Shown piece by piece: positions 10,314-20,294 of a stretch of DNA of 64,000 bases. The first letter of the stretch is position 1, and the number at the start of each line of letters is the position of its first letter. The position numbers and the translations under genes were made by a program. A model generated the notes under the pieces. It saw only the letters and a program-made list of their open reading frames with translations. It ran no database searches and had not been told where the DNA came from. Source of the DNA: Candidatus Hydrogenedentota bacterium (lineage in GTDB: Bacteria; Hydrogenedentota; Hydrogenedentia; Hydrogenedentales; SLHB01); contig BTVY01000016.1 in NCBI GenBank assembly GCA_045863335.1, positions 66,024-130,023 of the forward strand, read 5' to 3'.

Positions 10314-11885
10314 ATGTTCAATCTTGCAGTGATCCTCGAGAATAGCGCGCGCGCCTATCCGGACAAAGAGGCGGTGACGTTCAACCACTTCCGCCTGACT
10401 TTTAAGATGATCGACGACCTGGCGAATCAGGTTGCGAACGGGTTGCGTGCCGCCGGGATACGCAAGGGCGACAAGGTCGCGTTCTCCTGCCCGAACATCC
10501 CCTACTTCCCAATCGTGTACTTCGGGATATTGAAAGCCGGGGCGGTGTTCGTGCCGTTGAACGTGTTGCTGCGCGAGCGCGAAGTGGCGTACCACCTCTC
10601 CGACTCCGACAGCGTCGCGTTCATCTGTTTTGAGGGTCGGGAAGAGCTTCCGATCGGCAAGATTGGATACGCCGGATTCCAGGAAGCCCAGTCCTGCGAT
10701 CACTTCTGGATCATTCCGACGATTCCCGGCGGCGACTCCCCCATCGAGGGAGTGCCGACGCTTGCGGATCTCATGCACGACCAGCCCACAACCTGCGACA
10801 CGGTCCAGTGCAGGGCCGACGACACGTGCATCATCATCTACACCTCCGGCACGACAGGCCGTCCCAAGGGGGCGGAACTGACGCACTCCAACATCCTGAT
10901 GAACTGCATGTCCACGCGGCGGCTCATTAAGGGCGGGCCGGACGACGTCGCGCTGGCGGTGCTGCCCCTGTTTCATTCCTTCGGTTTGACAGGATTGCTG
11001 AATTCGGCGGTGTTGAACGGGAGTCGTCTCGTGCTCGTGCCACGCTTCGAACCGGCGGAGGTTCTTCGCGCGTTTCAGGAGGAGAACGTCACCTTGTTCG
11101 CAGGCGTGCCGACCATGTATTGGGAACTGCTGCATTTCGCCGATCTCGACAAGTATGACCTGAAGAAGATCGCCGAGAACTGGCGCCTCGGCGTTTCCGG
11201 CGGCGCCGCCATGCCCGTCGATTTGATGAGGCAGTTCCAGGAGAAGTTCCAAATCCGAATTCTCGAAGGGTACGGATTGTCCGAGACGTCGCCGACGGCG
11301 TCGTTCAGCCGCGAGGACATGCCCCAAAAGGTTGGTTCCATCGGAGTGCCCATCTGGGGCGTGGAAATGATGGTGGTCGATCCCGACATGAACGAGGTGC
11401 CGCGTGGCGAGACCGGTGAGATCGTCATTCGTGGTCACAACGTGATGAAGGGGTACTATAAGCACGACGAGGCGAACGAGGAAGCTTTTCGCGGCGGATG
11501 GTTCCACACTGGCGACATTGGATATCAGGATGAAGACGGCTACTTCTTCATCGTAGACCGCATCAAGGATATGATCATTCGCGGCGGATTCAATGTGTAT
11601 CCGCGCGAGATCGAAGAAGTGCTCATGATGCACCCCGACATTACGCTGGCAGCCGTGATCGGTGTGCCGAATGAAGAACACGGCGAAGAGATCAAAGCCT
11701 TCGTGATTCCCAGGAAAGGATCATCCCTGACGGCCGAGGAGGTCATCGCTTTCAGCAAGAAAGAGATGGCTGGGTATAAGTATCCGCGCATGGTGGAACT
11801 GTGCGAAAACCTTCCCATAGGGCCGACCGGGAAAGTGCTGAAAACGGAGTTGCGGAAGAAACAGAATACGGTCGCGAACGTGTGA
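10314..11885 (+). CDS. Long-chain fatty-acid--CoA ligase (AMP-binding), copy 1
   Basis: YTSGTTGRPKG, EGYGLSET, GWFHTGD, PTGKVLK. Confidence 0.93.
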   Translation: MFNLAVILENSARAYPDKEAVTFNHFRLTFKMIDDLANQVANGLRAAGIRKGDKVAFSCPNIPYFPIVYFGILKAGAVFVPLNVLLREREVAYHLSDSDSVAFICFEGREELPIGKIGYAGFQEAQSCDHFWIIPTIPGGDSPIEGVPTLADLMHDQPTTCDTVQCRADDTCIIIYTSGTTGRPKGAELTHSNILMNCMSTRRLIKGGPDDVALAVLPLFHSFGLTGLLNSAVLNGSRLVLVPRFEPAEVLRAFQEENVTLFAGVPTMYWELLHFADLDKYDLKKIAENWRLGVSGGAAMPVDLMRQFQEKFQIRILEGYGLSETSPTASFSREDMPQKVGSIGVPIWGVEMMVVDPDMNEVPRGETGEIVIRGHNVMKGYYKHDEANEEAFRGGWFHTGDIGYQDEDGYFFIVDRIKDMIIRGGFNVYPREIEEVLMMHPDITLAAVIGVPNEEHGEEIKAFVIPRKGSSLTAEEVIAFSKKEMAGYKYPRMVELCENLPIGPTGKVLKTELRKKQNTVANV

Positions 11886-11921
11886 TGACCGGCGATACAC
11901 GGCAAGGAGCGTAAGAAACAC

Positions 11922-13496
11922 ATGCTGAACGTGGCTACTCTCTTGGAAAACAGCGCCCGGGAACATCCCGACAAGCTGGCGATCGTGTTCGGCGGGCACA
12001 TCCGTTTGACCTATCGTCAAGTGGACGAAATGGCGAATCAGGTCGCGAACGGTTTGAAGGCATCTGGGGTCCGCAAGGGCGACAAGATCGCGGTGACCTG
12101 TCCGAACATTCCCTACTTTCCGATTCTCTCATACGGGATCATGAAAGCGGGCGCGGTTCTGGTTCCGTTGAACGTGCTGCTGAAACGGCGGGAGAGCGCC
12201 TACCATCTCTCCGACTCGGAAGCCGTGGGGTACATCTGTTTCCAGGGCACGGACCAGTTGCCCATCGCGGAAGAAGGCTACGCGGGGTTTCAGGACGCCA
12301 AAACCTGCGACCATTTCTGGATCATTCCGACGATTCCGGGCGCCGACTCGCCCATCCAAGGCGTACCTACGCTCATGGATCTCATGCACAATCAGCCCCA
12401 CACCTGCGACCCGGCCGCGACGCGTCCCGACGACACCTGCGTCATCATCTATACTTCGGGCACCACTGGTCGTCCGAAAGGGGCGGAGTTAACCCATTCG
12501 AATATCACCATAAACGCGATGGTCACCCGCGAAATGTGCGGGAGCACGCCGGATGAAGTGATGCTGGTCGTGCTGCCCCTGTTCCACTCGTTCGGCTTTA
12601 CGTGCCTGATGCAGACCGGCATCCTTGCCGCGGCGACGCTCGTGCTGTTGCCTCGATTCGAGCCCGCCGCCGTCTTCGCCGCGCTCCAGGATGAAAACGT
12701 GACGCTGTTCGCCGGTGTTCCCACCATGTATTGGGATCTCCTGAACTATCCCGACGCCAGCCGTTACGATTTGGACAAGATTGCAAAGACCCTTCGGCTT
12801 TGCACGTCGGGCGGCGCGGCCATGCCGGTGGAAGTCATGAAGAAGTTCGAGGAGAAGTTTCACGTGCCCATCCTGGAGGGATACGGGCTGTCCGAAACAT
12901 CACCGGTGGCGAGCTTCAATCAATTGCCCAAACCACGCAAACCCGGTTCCATCGGATTTCCCGTGTGGGGCGTGGAGATGATGGTGGTCGATCACGATAT
13001 GAATGAGTTGCCCGTGGGCGAAACGGGGGAGATTGTCATCCGCGGTCACAACATCATGAAAGGGTACTACAAGCGGGACGAGGCGAATGACGAGGCGTTC
13101 CGGGGCGGATGGTTCCATTCCGGCGATCTCGGGTACAAAGACGAAGACGGGTACTTCTATATTGTCGATCGATCCAAAGACATGATTATCCGCGGCGGAT
13201 TCAACGTGTATCCGCGTGAAGTTGAAGAAGTGCTGATGACGCATCCCGACATCTCCCTCGCGGCCGTCATCGGAGTTCCTCACGACGAGTATGGGGAAGA
13301 GGTCATGGCCTACGTGATCCCCGAACTTGGATCGACCATCTCGCCGGAAGATATTATTGCGTGGAGCAAAAAGGAGATGGCGGGGTACAAGTACCCGCGC
13401 ACGGTGCAGATTGTGAAGACGCTGCCCATGGGGCCGACGGGGAAGATTCTCAAAACCGAACTCCGGAAGATGGCTACGGAGCCCGCCGCAAAGTAA
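11922..13496 (+). CDS. Long-chain fatty-acid--CoA ligase (AMP-binding), copy 2
   Basis: Same motifs as copy 1; close tandem paralog. Confidence 0.93.
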   Translation: MLNVATLLENSAREHPDKLAIVFGGHIRLTYRQVDEMANQVANGLKASGVRKGDKIAVTCPNIPYFPILSYGIMKAGAVLVPLNVLLKRRESAYHLSDSEAVGYICFQGTDQLPIAEEGYAGFQDAKTCDHFWIIPTIPGADSPIQGVPTLMDLMHNQPHTCDPAATRPDDTCVIIYTSGTTGRPKGAELTHSNITINAMVTREMCGSTPDEVMLVVLPLFHSFGFTCLMQTGILAAATLVLLPRFEPAAVFAALQDENVTLFAGVPTMYWDLLNYPDASRYDLDKIAKTLRLCTSGGAAMPVEVMKKFEEKFHVPILEGYGLSETSPVASFNQLPKPRKPGSIGFPVWGVEMMVVDHDMNELPVGETGEIVIRGHNIMKGYYKRDEANDEAFRGGWFHSGDLGYKDEDGYFYIVDRSKDMIIRGGFNVYPREVEEVLMTHPDISLAAVIGVPHDEYGEEVMAYVIPELGSTISPEDIIAWSKKEMAGYKYPRTVQIVKTLPMGPTGKILKTELRKMATEPAAK

Positions 13497-13520
13497 CACG
13501 CCATCCTGGGGGGAAAGAGC

Positions 13521-14768
13521 ATGGCTGGCATACCTTCGTATCGCGAGCGGATGGCGTGGTTTCACGAAGCCCGATTCGGGATGTTTATCCATTGGGGGCT
13601 CTATTCGCTGTTGGGACGTGGCGAGTGGGTCATGCTCGAAGAGCGCATCCCTACAGTGGAGTACGCCAAGCTTGCGGGGGAGTTCGCGCCGAAGAAGTTC
13701 GACGCCCACGCATGGGCGGACCTGGCAGTACAGGCGGGCGCGAAGTACGCCGTGCTGACGACACGTCATCACGATGGGTTCTGCCTGTATGACAGCGAGG
13801 TGTCCGACTTTACCTCGGTGAAGACCGCAGCGAAGCGCGATTTCGTGGCGGAGTACGTGGATGCCTTTCGGCGTGCCGGCCTGAAGATAGGTTTCTACTA
13901 TTCCCTGTTGGACTGGCGCTTTCCCGGTTATTGGAATCCGCGCAAGCATAAGGAATGCGCGGACGCCATGGTCGAGCAATACCATGCCCAGGTGCGCGAA
14001 CTCATGTCGAACTACGGGCGAATCGACGTCTTGTGGTACGACGGCCACTGGATCGACGGCGTGAAAAATCTGGGACGGTTCTGGCGCGCGCGTGAAATCA
14101 ACGCGTGGGTGTGCGAAAAGCAGCCCCACATCCTCATCAACAACCGCTCCGGGGTGGACGAAGATCTCGACACGCCGGAACAGCACGTCACTGCGTCGAA
14201 ACCGGGCCGCGGGTGGGAATCGTGCATGACCATAGGTGATTCCTGCGGCTGGGGCTACATCCGCAACAACCCGAACATGAAAAGCGAGACGCAGCTCCTG
14301 CAGCATCTGGTCACCGCCGCCGCGGGCGAAGGGAACTTTCTCGTGAACGTGGGCCCGAAGCCGGACGGCACCATTCGCAAGTCGGAGCGCCGCCGGATGC
14401 GGGCCATTGGAAAATGGCTGCGCGGCAACGGCGAGGCGATCTATGGATCGCAACGGTGCGCGCTTAAGAACGGCATGCTCGGTCTATGGACCGCGAAGGG
14501 CAAGACGGCCTACCTCTGCGTGTTTCGCTGGCCGGGGCGTGAAGCGGTCGTACCCTTGGTCGGTACAAAAGTGCGGTCTGCGACCCTGCTGAACACCGGT
14601 GAACCGGTGGAGCACCGCATCGAAGAAAACGGCCGGCTTGTATTGAGCGGACTTCCCAAAAAACCACCACACCTCTCCGTCTCCGTGATTAAGGTCGAGT
14701 TCGCATCCAAACCCAAATGCCTGGAAGAAACTGACCGCGCCGCGTGGCTCGAGGGAAAGGCGACGTAG
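13521..14768 (+). CDS. Alpha-L-fucosidase (GH29), no signal peptide
   Basis: WFHEARFGMFIHWG, TTRHHDGF, YYSLLDW, LWYDG, NVGP. Confidence 0.92.
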   Translation: MAGIPSYRERMAWFHEARFGMFIHWGLYSLLGRGEWVMLEERIPTVEYAKLAGEFAPKKFDAHAWADLAVQAGAKYAVLTTRHHDGFCLYDSEVSDFTSVKTAAKRDFVAEYVDAFRRAGLKIGFYYSLLDWRFPGYWNPRKHKECADAMVEQYHAQVRELMSNYGRIDVLWYDGHWIDGVKNLGRFWRAREINAWVCEKQPHILINNRSGVDEDLDTPEQHVTASKPGRGWESCMTIGDSCGWGYIRNNPNMKSETQLLQHLVTAAAGEGNFLVNVGPKPDGTIRKSERRRMRAIGKWLRGNGEAIYGSQRCALKNGMLGLWTAKGKTAYLCVFRWPGREAVVPLVGTKVRSATLLNTGEPVEHRIEENGRLVLSGLPKKPPHLSVSVIKVEFASKPKCLEETDRAAWLEGKAT

Positions 14769-14769
14769 T

Positions 14770-15849
14770 CTACAGCAGGTCAAGGAACTTGTGGTTGGCC
14801 TTGGGGAAGGCGTAATCGGCGAATCGGGATCGGGCTACCCACTTCGTCGAGGTGTGTTCGGCGGGTGTGGGAGTTCCCGAAATCCAATCGCAGCGGTAAA
14901 CGTTCATCGTCACTTTGAAATGTGAGTATGCGTGATTCACTACCGCGATGAGTCCGCCCGGTTTAACGGTCACACCGAACCCTTCACGCAAGATTCGTTT
15001 CAATGCCACTTGATGCGTTTCGCCAGGCAGTACTGGTCCGCCCGGGAATTCCCACATACCTCCGAGCAGGCCGTTGTCGGGACGCTTAGCCAATAGGTAC
15101 CGGCCATTCTTCGGTATGACGCCAACGACGTATTCGTGATGGGGCGTGGCCGCCTTCTTCTTGCGCACCGGCCGTTGTTCTTGAACTCCCTTCGCCAACG
15201 CGTCGCATTGGCGACGAACTGGACAGTCCGCGCATCGCGGAGCGCGCGGAGTGCAGACGCGGGCGCCGAGTTCCATCATGGCCTGATTGAAGTCACCGGG
15301 GGATTTCTGTGGAACGAGCGTCTCCGCGATTTCCCAGAGCCGATCCCGCGTTCGCGTATCATCGGTCGACTCCGTAATGTCGAAGATTCGCGACAACACG
15401 CGGATGACGTTGCCGTCCAGCACCGCCACGGGTTCATCAAAAGCGATGCTTGCAATGGCGCCTGCCGTGTAGCGGCCGACCCCCGGCAGGGCCTGCCAGG
15501 CTTCGGCGGTTGCGGGAAAGGCCCCGTCCATTTCGTGGGCAACGATCTTTGCCGCGCGATGCAGGTTTCGGGCACGGCTGTAGTACCCGAGACCTTCCCA
15601 CAGTTTCAAGACCTGCGCGTCTCTGGCGGCGGCAAGCGCCTGTACGGTCGGGAATGCGGCAATGAAGCGTTCAAAGTAGGGCGTGCCCTGGTCGACCCGC
15701 GTTTGTTGCAGCATGATCTCCGACAACCAAACGGCGTAGGGGTCCTTGGTGCGGCGCCACGGCAAATCGCGCGCTTCCCGCCGATACCATGCAAGCAGGC
15801 CGCGCCGGATGGCGGCCCGTTTCTTCTTTGCCGATTCGATGGGCGTCAA
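14770..15849 (-). CDS. mutY: A/G-specific adenine glycosylase with NUDIX-like C-terminal domain
   Basis: RDLPWR, SEIMLQQT, WEGLGYYSRARNL, LPGVGRYTA, and the 4Fe-4S motif C-x6-C-x2-C-x5-C. Confidence 0.97.
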   Translation of the reverse strand: MTPIESAKKKRAAIRRGLLAWYRREARDLPWRRTKDPYAVWLSEIMLQQTRVDQGTPYFERFIAAFPTVQALAAARDAQVLKLWEGLGYYSRARNLHRAAKIVAHEMDGAFPATAEAWQALPGVGRYTAGAIASIAFDEPVAVLDGNVIRVLSRIFDITESTDDTRTRDRLWEIAETLVPQKSPGDFNQAMMELGARVCTPRAPRCADCPVRRQCDALAKGVQEQRPVRKKKAATPHHEYVVGVIPKNGRYLLAKRPDNGLLGGMWEFPGGPVLPGETHQVALKRILREGFGVTVKPGGLIAVVNHAYSHFKVTMNVYRCDWISGTPTPAEHTSTKWVARSRFADYAFPKANHKFLDLL

Positions 15850-15861
15850 TTCGGTCCGGCT

Positions 15862-16839
15862 CTACTCGTTCAGGTACTGGGCGACTTCCCGCAGCACATC
15901 CGCGCGACCGGCCCAAGGTTTATAGATTGCGCGCATGGTAAGCGAATACGTCTCTCCGACTTTCCAATCCGGAATCACCAGTTGAAAGTCCCAGGCGGGA
16001 TTCGTGTCGTCGCCGGCCTCCGTCTGCGTGCCGCCGCTGGGTGAGTGGGCGAATCGAAGATAGGGGTTTGGTTTGAACACGTAGATCAACACCATGTCGC
16101 GAACCCGCCCATAGTAGAAGGGGACGGAATACCGCAACGGCGACAGGGAATTGAAGAGCGTGTCCGCTTTAGGCGGGTAGCTCAAATCCGTCTGATCCGT
16201 ACTGGGAAGGACGGTGCTGTTGAGTCCGTGGACTTGTGTGCAGAACTGGACCCAGAACGGTTCATCCAGCGTGGATTCCCCCTGCAGGAAGTAGATGCTC
16301 TTGTCCAGGGGCTCGTTGATATACGAGGCCCAGAATACCCCCATGAATCCGCCCTCAAACGCTGGCTCGTGCGGAATGCAGCGAAACGCCATGTCGATGT
16401 AGTAGGGGTCCTTGACCTCGAACGTGGTCCAACTCTCTACCCCGTAGTGAGGCGTCGGTGGTTGATAGAGTTCCGCCGTCCGCTCGTCGATCCGACGGAA
16501 CTCCATGGGCACGCGCCGCGGCTCGAAGAAGACATTCATGTCTTCACTGCGGGGGCGCGCGTCGAAATAGTGTTCGAGGTTCAGCCCCGCATAGCGCACA
16601 ACATACGGCGACACCGGCTCATTCGGCGATCGCATGCGGAACACGCCGTTGTACCCTTCGCGATGCTCGCCGACCGCCGCGTTGTTGCCAATCGTGCAGA
16701 CCAGCTTCGATGCGCGGAACTCGGCAAAGTCCATGGACGGGCTCGCTTCCTTGGTCGTTGCGCATCCCACGACAACCACGACGGCACCTACCGCCACGGC
16801 AACGCGGGCTAGGGAGGCAGGTGTCGATCGCGTTACCAT
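15862..16839 (-). CDS. Hypothetical lipoprotein
   Basis: ATG at 16839 overlaps the upstream stop codon. Hydrophobic signal ending in VVG-C (lipobox-like); body rich in aromatic residues and likely beta strands. Confidence 0.7.
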   Translation of the reverse strand: MVTRSTPASLARVAVAVGAVVVVVGCATTKEASPSMDFAEFRASKLVCTIGNNAAVGEHREGYNGVFRMRSPNEPVSPYVVRYAGLNLEHYFDARPRSEDMNVFFEPRRVPMEFRRIDERTAELYQPPTPHYGVESWTTFEVKDPYYIDMAFRCIPHEPAFEGGFMGVFWASYINEPLDKSIYFLQGESTLDEPFWVQFCTQVHGLNSTVLPSTDQTDLSYPPKADTLFNSLSPLRYSVPFYYGRVRDMVLIYVFKPNPYLRFAHSPSGGTQTEAGDDTNPAWDFQLVIPDWKVGETYSLTMRAIYKPWAGRADVLREVAQYLNE

Positions 16840-18155
16840 TGCGCGGGGACAGCCATCTGCTCGTCCGGCGTGGGCAGGGGTTTGATTCGGATGTTGCGGT
16901 ACATTACGGAATCGTTGTGTTCCGTCAACACGATGAACCCGCGGGGCAGCCGGACTTTCAACTCGTCGTGCTCGTACAGGTTTCGATCCTGCACCACCGT
17001 GCCGTTGAGCACATACCTTAACTGAGAGCCGTTCAGCGTCACTTCCGAAACGTTCCATTCGCCTAGTGGCTTGACCGCATTGACCGATGGCGCCTCCACA
17101 TCATAGATGGAGCCGGTGCTGTTCTTGTCCGGTTCATTCCCATAGTCGCCAAGCATCTGGTATTCCATGCCGATTCGCGACGCGCGAGCGGAACGCGGGG
17201 CGCGCAAATGCACACCGTTGTTGCCGCCTTTGGGCAGCGTCCATTCCCAGCGCAGGACAAAATTGCCGTACCGATCGATCGTGCGAAGCCCGCGCGATCC
17301 GCCGGAGACGCGCTCGAGTATACCGTCGTGGACCTGCCAGGCTGCCTGGCTGTCTCCGAGGACGGTCCAGCCGTTAAGGGTTTTCCCGTCGAACAGCGCG
17401 ATCCAGCCTTCTGCCGCTTCGGCGGGCGTCAGAACGGAATTGTCGGGCGTCCAGGAATAGTTCTCCGCGGGAAGCACGTTTGCGAGGTCGAGCAGTTCGT
17501 AATACTCGTCGTATTGGGGAAGAATGAAGTGGGCTTGCTCAACAAGCGCGGGCGGCAGTGCGCCGAGCAGCAGCGCCGGCCTATCCGCGGCGGCCTCAGG
17601 ATCGGATACGATCTGAACGTCGCCGCCTTCCGGAGACACGAGCATGAGCCCCGGCGCCCTCCGATGAATTTCCCGAGCGAGTCGCGCGGAGTCGGGTCCT
17701 TCGAGTAGATAGACCAGATCCTGGTCTTTGCGGAACTCCTTGGCGATCGTCTTTGCGGCCTGGATTCGCGCTTTTTCCGTTTTGGGGGCATAGGGACCGA
17801 ACACGCGAACCACGCCGACCATGCCTCGGCCCGAACCGATATCGCGAATCTGGCGCACAGCGTCGGCCGCTTCCTTCGAAATACTCCTTCCATCTTCGCT
17901 GACTCCGTAGAGGTCGAAGCAGGGCGCCGGGGCCCCCACGTCGGCGGCCCGGTTCATGCCCCGGTAAACGTCTGCGATCGGAGCGCCCGGTTTGGCGAGA
18001 TCGGGAACGTAAATCGACCGAATCGTATACTCGCTGGAGCCTCGCTTTACGACGCCATTGTCAACGCGAAATTCGTTATCCGCTGATGCGGTCGCCGCCA
18101 GTACGATGAACGCCGCCATCGTACGCGAAATCTGTAGAATGCTTCCGGAATTCAC
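16833..18155 (-). CDS. Secreted DUF1080 (3-keto-glycoside hydrolase-like) domain protein
   Basis: GWIALFDGKTLNGW, GNNGV, EYQMLG, TGSIYD, GEWN, YRNIRIK. GTG start at 18155 behind GAGGAG. Confidence 0.85.
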   Translation of the reverse strand: MNSGSILQISRTMAAFIVLAATASADNEFRVDNGVVKRGSSEYTIRSIYVPDLAKPGAPIADVYRGMNRAADVGAPAPCFDLYGVSEDGRSISKEAADAVRQIRDIGSGRGMVGVVRVFGPYAPKTEKARIQAAKTIAKEFRKDQDLVYLLEGPDSARLAREIHRRAPGLMLVSPEGGDVQIVSDPEAAADRPALLLGALPPALVEQAHFILPQYDEYYELLDLANVLPAENYSWTPDNSVLTPAEAAEGWIALFDGKTLNGWTVLGDSQAAWQVHDGILERVSGGSRGLRTIDRYGNFVLRWEWTLPKGGNNGVHLRAPRSARASRIGMEYQMLGDYGNEPDKNSTGSIYDVEAPSVNAVKPLGEWNVSEVTLNGSQLRYVLNGTVVQDRNLYEHDELKVRLPRGFIVLTEHNDSVMYRNIRIKPLPTPDEQMAVPAQW

Positions 18156-18312
18156 TGTCTCACTCCTCGCGGTTGGTTCGGTCAAGAATAATGCGAGAAG
18201 CACTGTAGCAAATTCACTTCGCAAGCCGCTAACCGCTCCGGATCGTTGAACGTATGCGTCCGCTGGCGTATCATTCGGAGGTCTGGGCTACGAACTACGG
18301 ATCGAGGTTAAT

Positions 18313-19941
18313 ATGAAATGGATGATTCCCGTGCTGGCGCTGATTGCGTCCGCCGCCGTTATGGGTCAGGAGAGCCCCTCCGAGGCTTCCCCGGAGAATG
18401 AGGCTTCGGATACGGATGAGGTCTATACCCGGGATACGCTGCTGGAGGGATCGAATGCGATCCTGGACTCCATGGAAGCCGTCGAAAACTTCCTGGCAAC
18501 GCAGACCGATTCCGCGGAAGAGCTGTCGGGCGACCCCGTGACGCTCACCGCGCGGCGATGCGTGGAGCTGGCGTTGTCGCAAAACGCGCAAGTCGCGGTT
18601 GCCCAGGACGATGTGGTGGCGGCACAATCGAAGATTGGCCAGGCCCAGTCGCAGATGAAACCGCAACTGAAGGCCTCCATGACGTTCACCCACACGGAAC
18701 TGAATACCAAAGATTTCTCGTCCGGGTCGGGTGGGCTTGGCGGGGGGCTCGGCGGGGGCCTTGGCGGCGGTCTTCTTGGCGGAAGCTTGCTCGGTGGCGG
18801 CCTCCTGGGAGGTAGTCTACTCAGCGGTGGCGGGGGTGGAATTACCGATAGCCTCGGCCTCGAACCCGAAGACGATTTCCGGATGGACAAGGTCGAGTTA
18901 AATCAGGTCCTCTATGCGGGCGGTCAGATTCGCGCGGCCATCAACGCGGCGAAGTACCTGGCGGAATCGCAGGAGTGGCAGAAGGCCGCGACCCTGGCGC
19001 AGCTCGAGTATCAGGCCAAACAGGCGTTTTACGACGCCGCCGCCAGCGAGGCGCTGGTGAGCGTGGCCGAGGCGAGTGTGAAGTCCTTCGAGCGCAACCT
19101 GTCTGACGCGCAGGAGATGTTCGACGTTGGCATGGTCAGCAGCTTTGAGGTGTTGCGCTCGCAAACGGAATTGGGAAGCCGCCAGGCAAGTCTGGTCGAG
19201 GCGCGAAACATTCAGCGCCTGGCCCATGCGAATCTGCGCCGGATCATCGCGGTGCCTCAGAACACGCCGCTTGTGCTGGAGCCCAAGCTGGACTATCTGC
19301 CCTATACGCCGGATATCGACGAATTGGTCACCCACGCCGAAGAACACCGCCCTGAGATTCAATCGCTGAAGAAAGGTATCGAGGCCGCAAAGGCGGACGT
19401 TGAACGGGTCCGCGGCCAGTACAAGCCCCAGGCTGGCGCGAATATCCAGTGGCAGAACGTCGACAACGGCGGATTCTCGCAGCCGGACGGCTGGACCTTC
19501 AGCGTCGCGGGTCAGTGGGACATCTACCAGGGCGGCAAGCGTAAGCACGAACTCGTGGAATCCAAGGCGCGGTTGCAGAGCCTCGAAGATCAGTTGCGCG
19601 ACCTCGAGGCGCTGATTGAGCTGGACATCACACAGGCCTACATTCAGATCAAAGACTCCATGGCGCGCATTGTGAGTGAGAATGGCACCCGCGAACTCGC
19701 CCAGGAAGGCTTGCGCCTTTCCGAGTTACGGTTCCAGGAGGGCGTCGGAACCCAATCCGAAACCCTCGATGCGGAGCTGGCGCTGACGAATGCGGAGCGT
19801 TCACTTGTGCAAGCGCTGCGCGACCTCGCCGTCGCCAACGCCGCGTTGGAGCGCGCTATCGGCAAGAGCTGGGAACATATCGCGCCGGAGACCGCCGAGC
19901 CTGCGGAGCCGGAAGAGAGCAGCGCCGAGCCCGGTCAGTGA
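18313..19941 (+). CDS. TolC-family outer-membrane protein with Gly/Leu-rich insertion
   Basis: Signal peptide; CVELALSQN, LNQVLYAGG, EHRPE, RFQEGVGTQSETLDAE. Confidence 0.9.
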   Translation: MKWMIPVLALIASAAVMGQESPSEASPENEASDTDEVYTRDTLLEGSNAILDSMEAVENFLATQTDSAEELSGDPVTLTARRCVELALSQNAQVAVAQDDVVAAQSKIGQAQSQMKPQLKASMTFTHTELNTKDFSSGSGGLGGGLGGGLGGGLLGGSLLGGGLLGGSLLSGGGGGITDSLGLEPEDDFRMDKVELNQVLYAGGQIRAAINAAKYLAESQEWQKAATLAQLEYQAKQAFYDAAASEALVSVAEASVKSFERNLSDAQEMFDVGMVSSFEVLRSQTELGSRQASLVEARNIQRLAHANLRRIIAVPQNTPLVLEPKLDYLPYTPDIDELVTHAEEHRPEIQSLKKGIEAAKADVERVRGQYKPQAGANIQWQNVDNGGFSQPDGWTFSVAGQWDIYQGGKRKHELVESKARLQSLEDQLRDLEALIELDITQAYIQIKDSMARIVSENGTRELAQEGLRLSELRFQEGVGTQSETLDAELALTNAERSLVQALRDLAVANAALERAIGKSWEHIAPETAEPAEPEESSAEPGQ

Positions 19942-20216
19942 GTCTTCCCGCAGGTAACCTTGCGAGATTCGTCGATTAGTAGGGCGGGGCGGCTGCTCAG
20001 CCCCGTCACAAGGTACGCCCGTCACATCCCCCACAGATGAAATATCGAAGAGTGTACGTTTTTCGTGCTTTTCGACTTCCGTGTTTTTTTGGTTCTGTTC
20101 AGACGCCAGCTCCCCTTTCGATCAATCCTTCCTTAAATAGCTGATATTTCTGTATTTATGCAATGTGATTCACGCGCGAAAACCGGCCTGATGCAGATTC
20201 GAGGCTTGGCGACGGC

Positions 20217-20245
20217 TTGACAAGGGGCCGATAACGGGCTAGAAT
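20217..20245 (+). promoter_or_regulatory. Sigma70 promoter of the tetR-rnk cluster
   Basis: TTGACA (20217-20222), 17-nt spacer, TAGAAT (20240-20245). Confidence 0.85.
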
Positions 20246-20258
20246 GAGTGTGGATTCA

Positions 20259-20280
20259 AAAATGAATTTCAATTCATTTT
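20259..20280. promoter_or_regulatory. Palindromic operator, likely TetR autoregulatory site
   Basis: AAAATGAATT-tc-AATTCATTTT, a perfect 10-bp inverted repeat between the -10 box and the RBS. Confidence 0.75.
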
Positions 20281-20294
20281 CGTGAGGAACTCCC

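Noticed and set aside
20133-20145. IHF-like site (TATCAGCTATTTA on the minus strand) upstream of the tetR-rnk promoter
   Set aside because: Fits the degenerate WATCAR-N4-TTR consensus, but such matches are common in AT-rich intergenic DNA; not enough to call.
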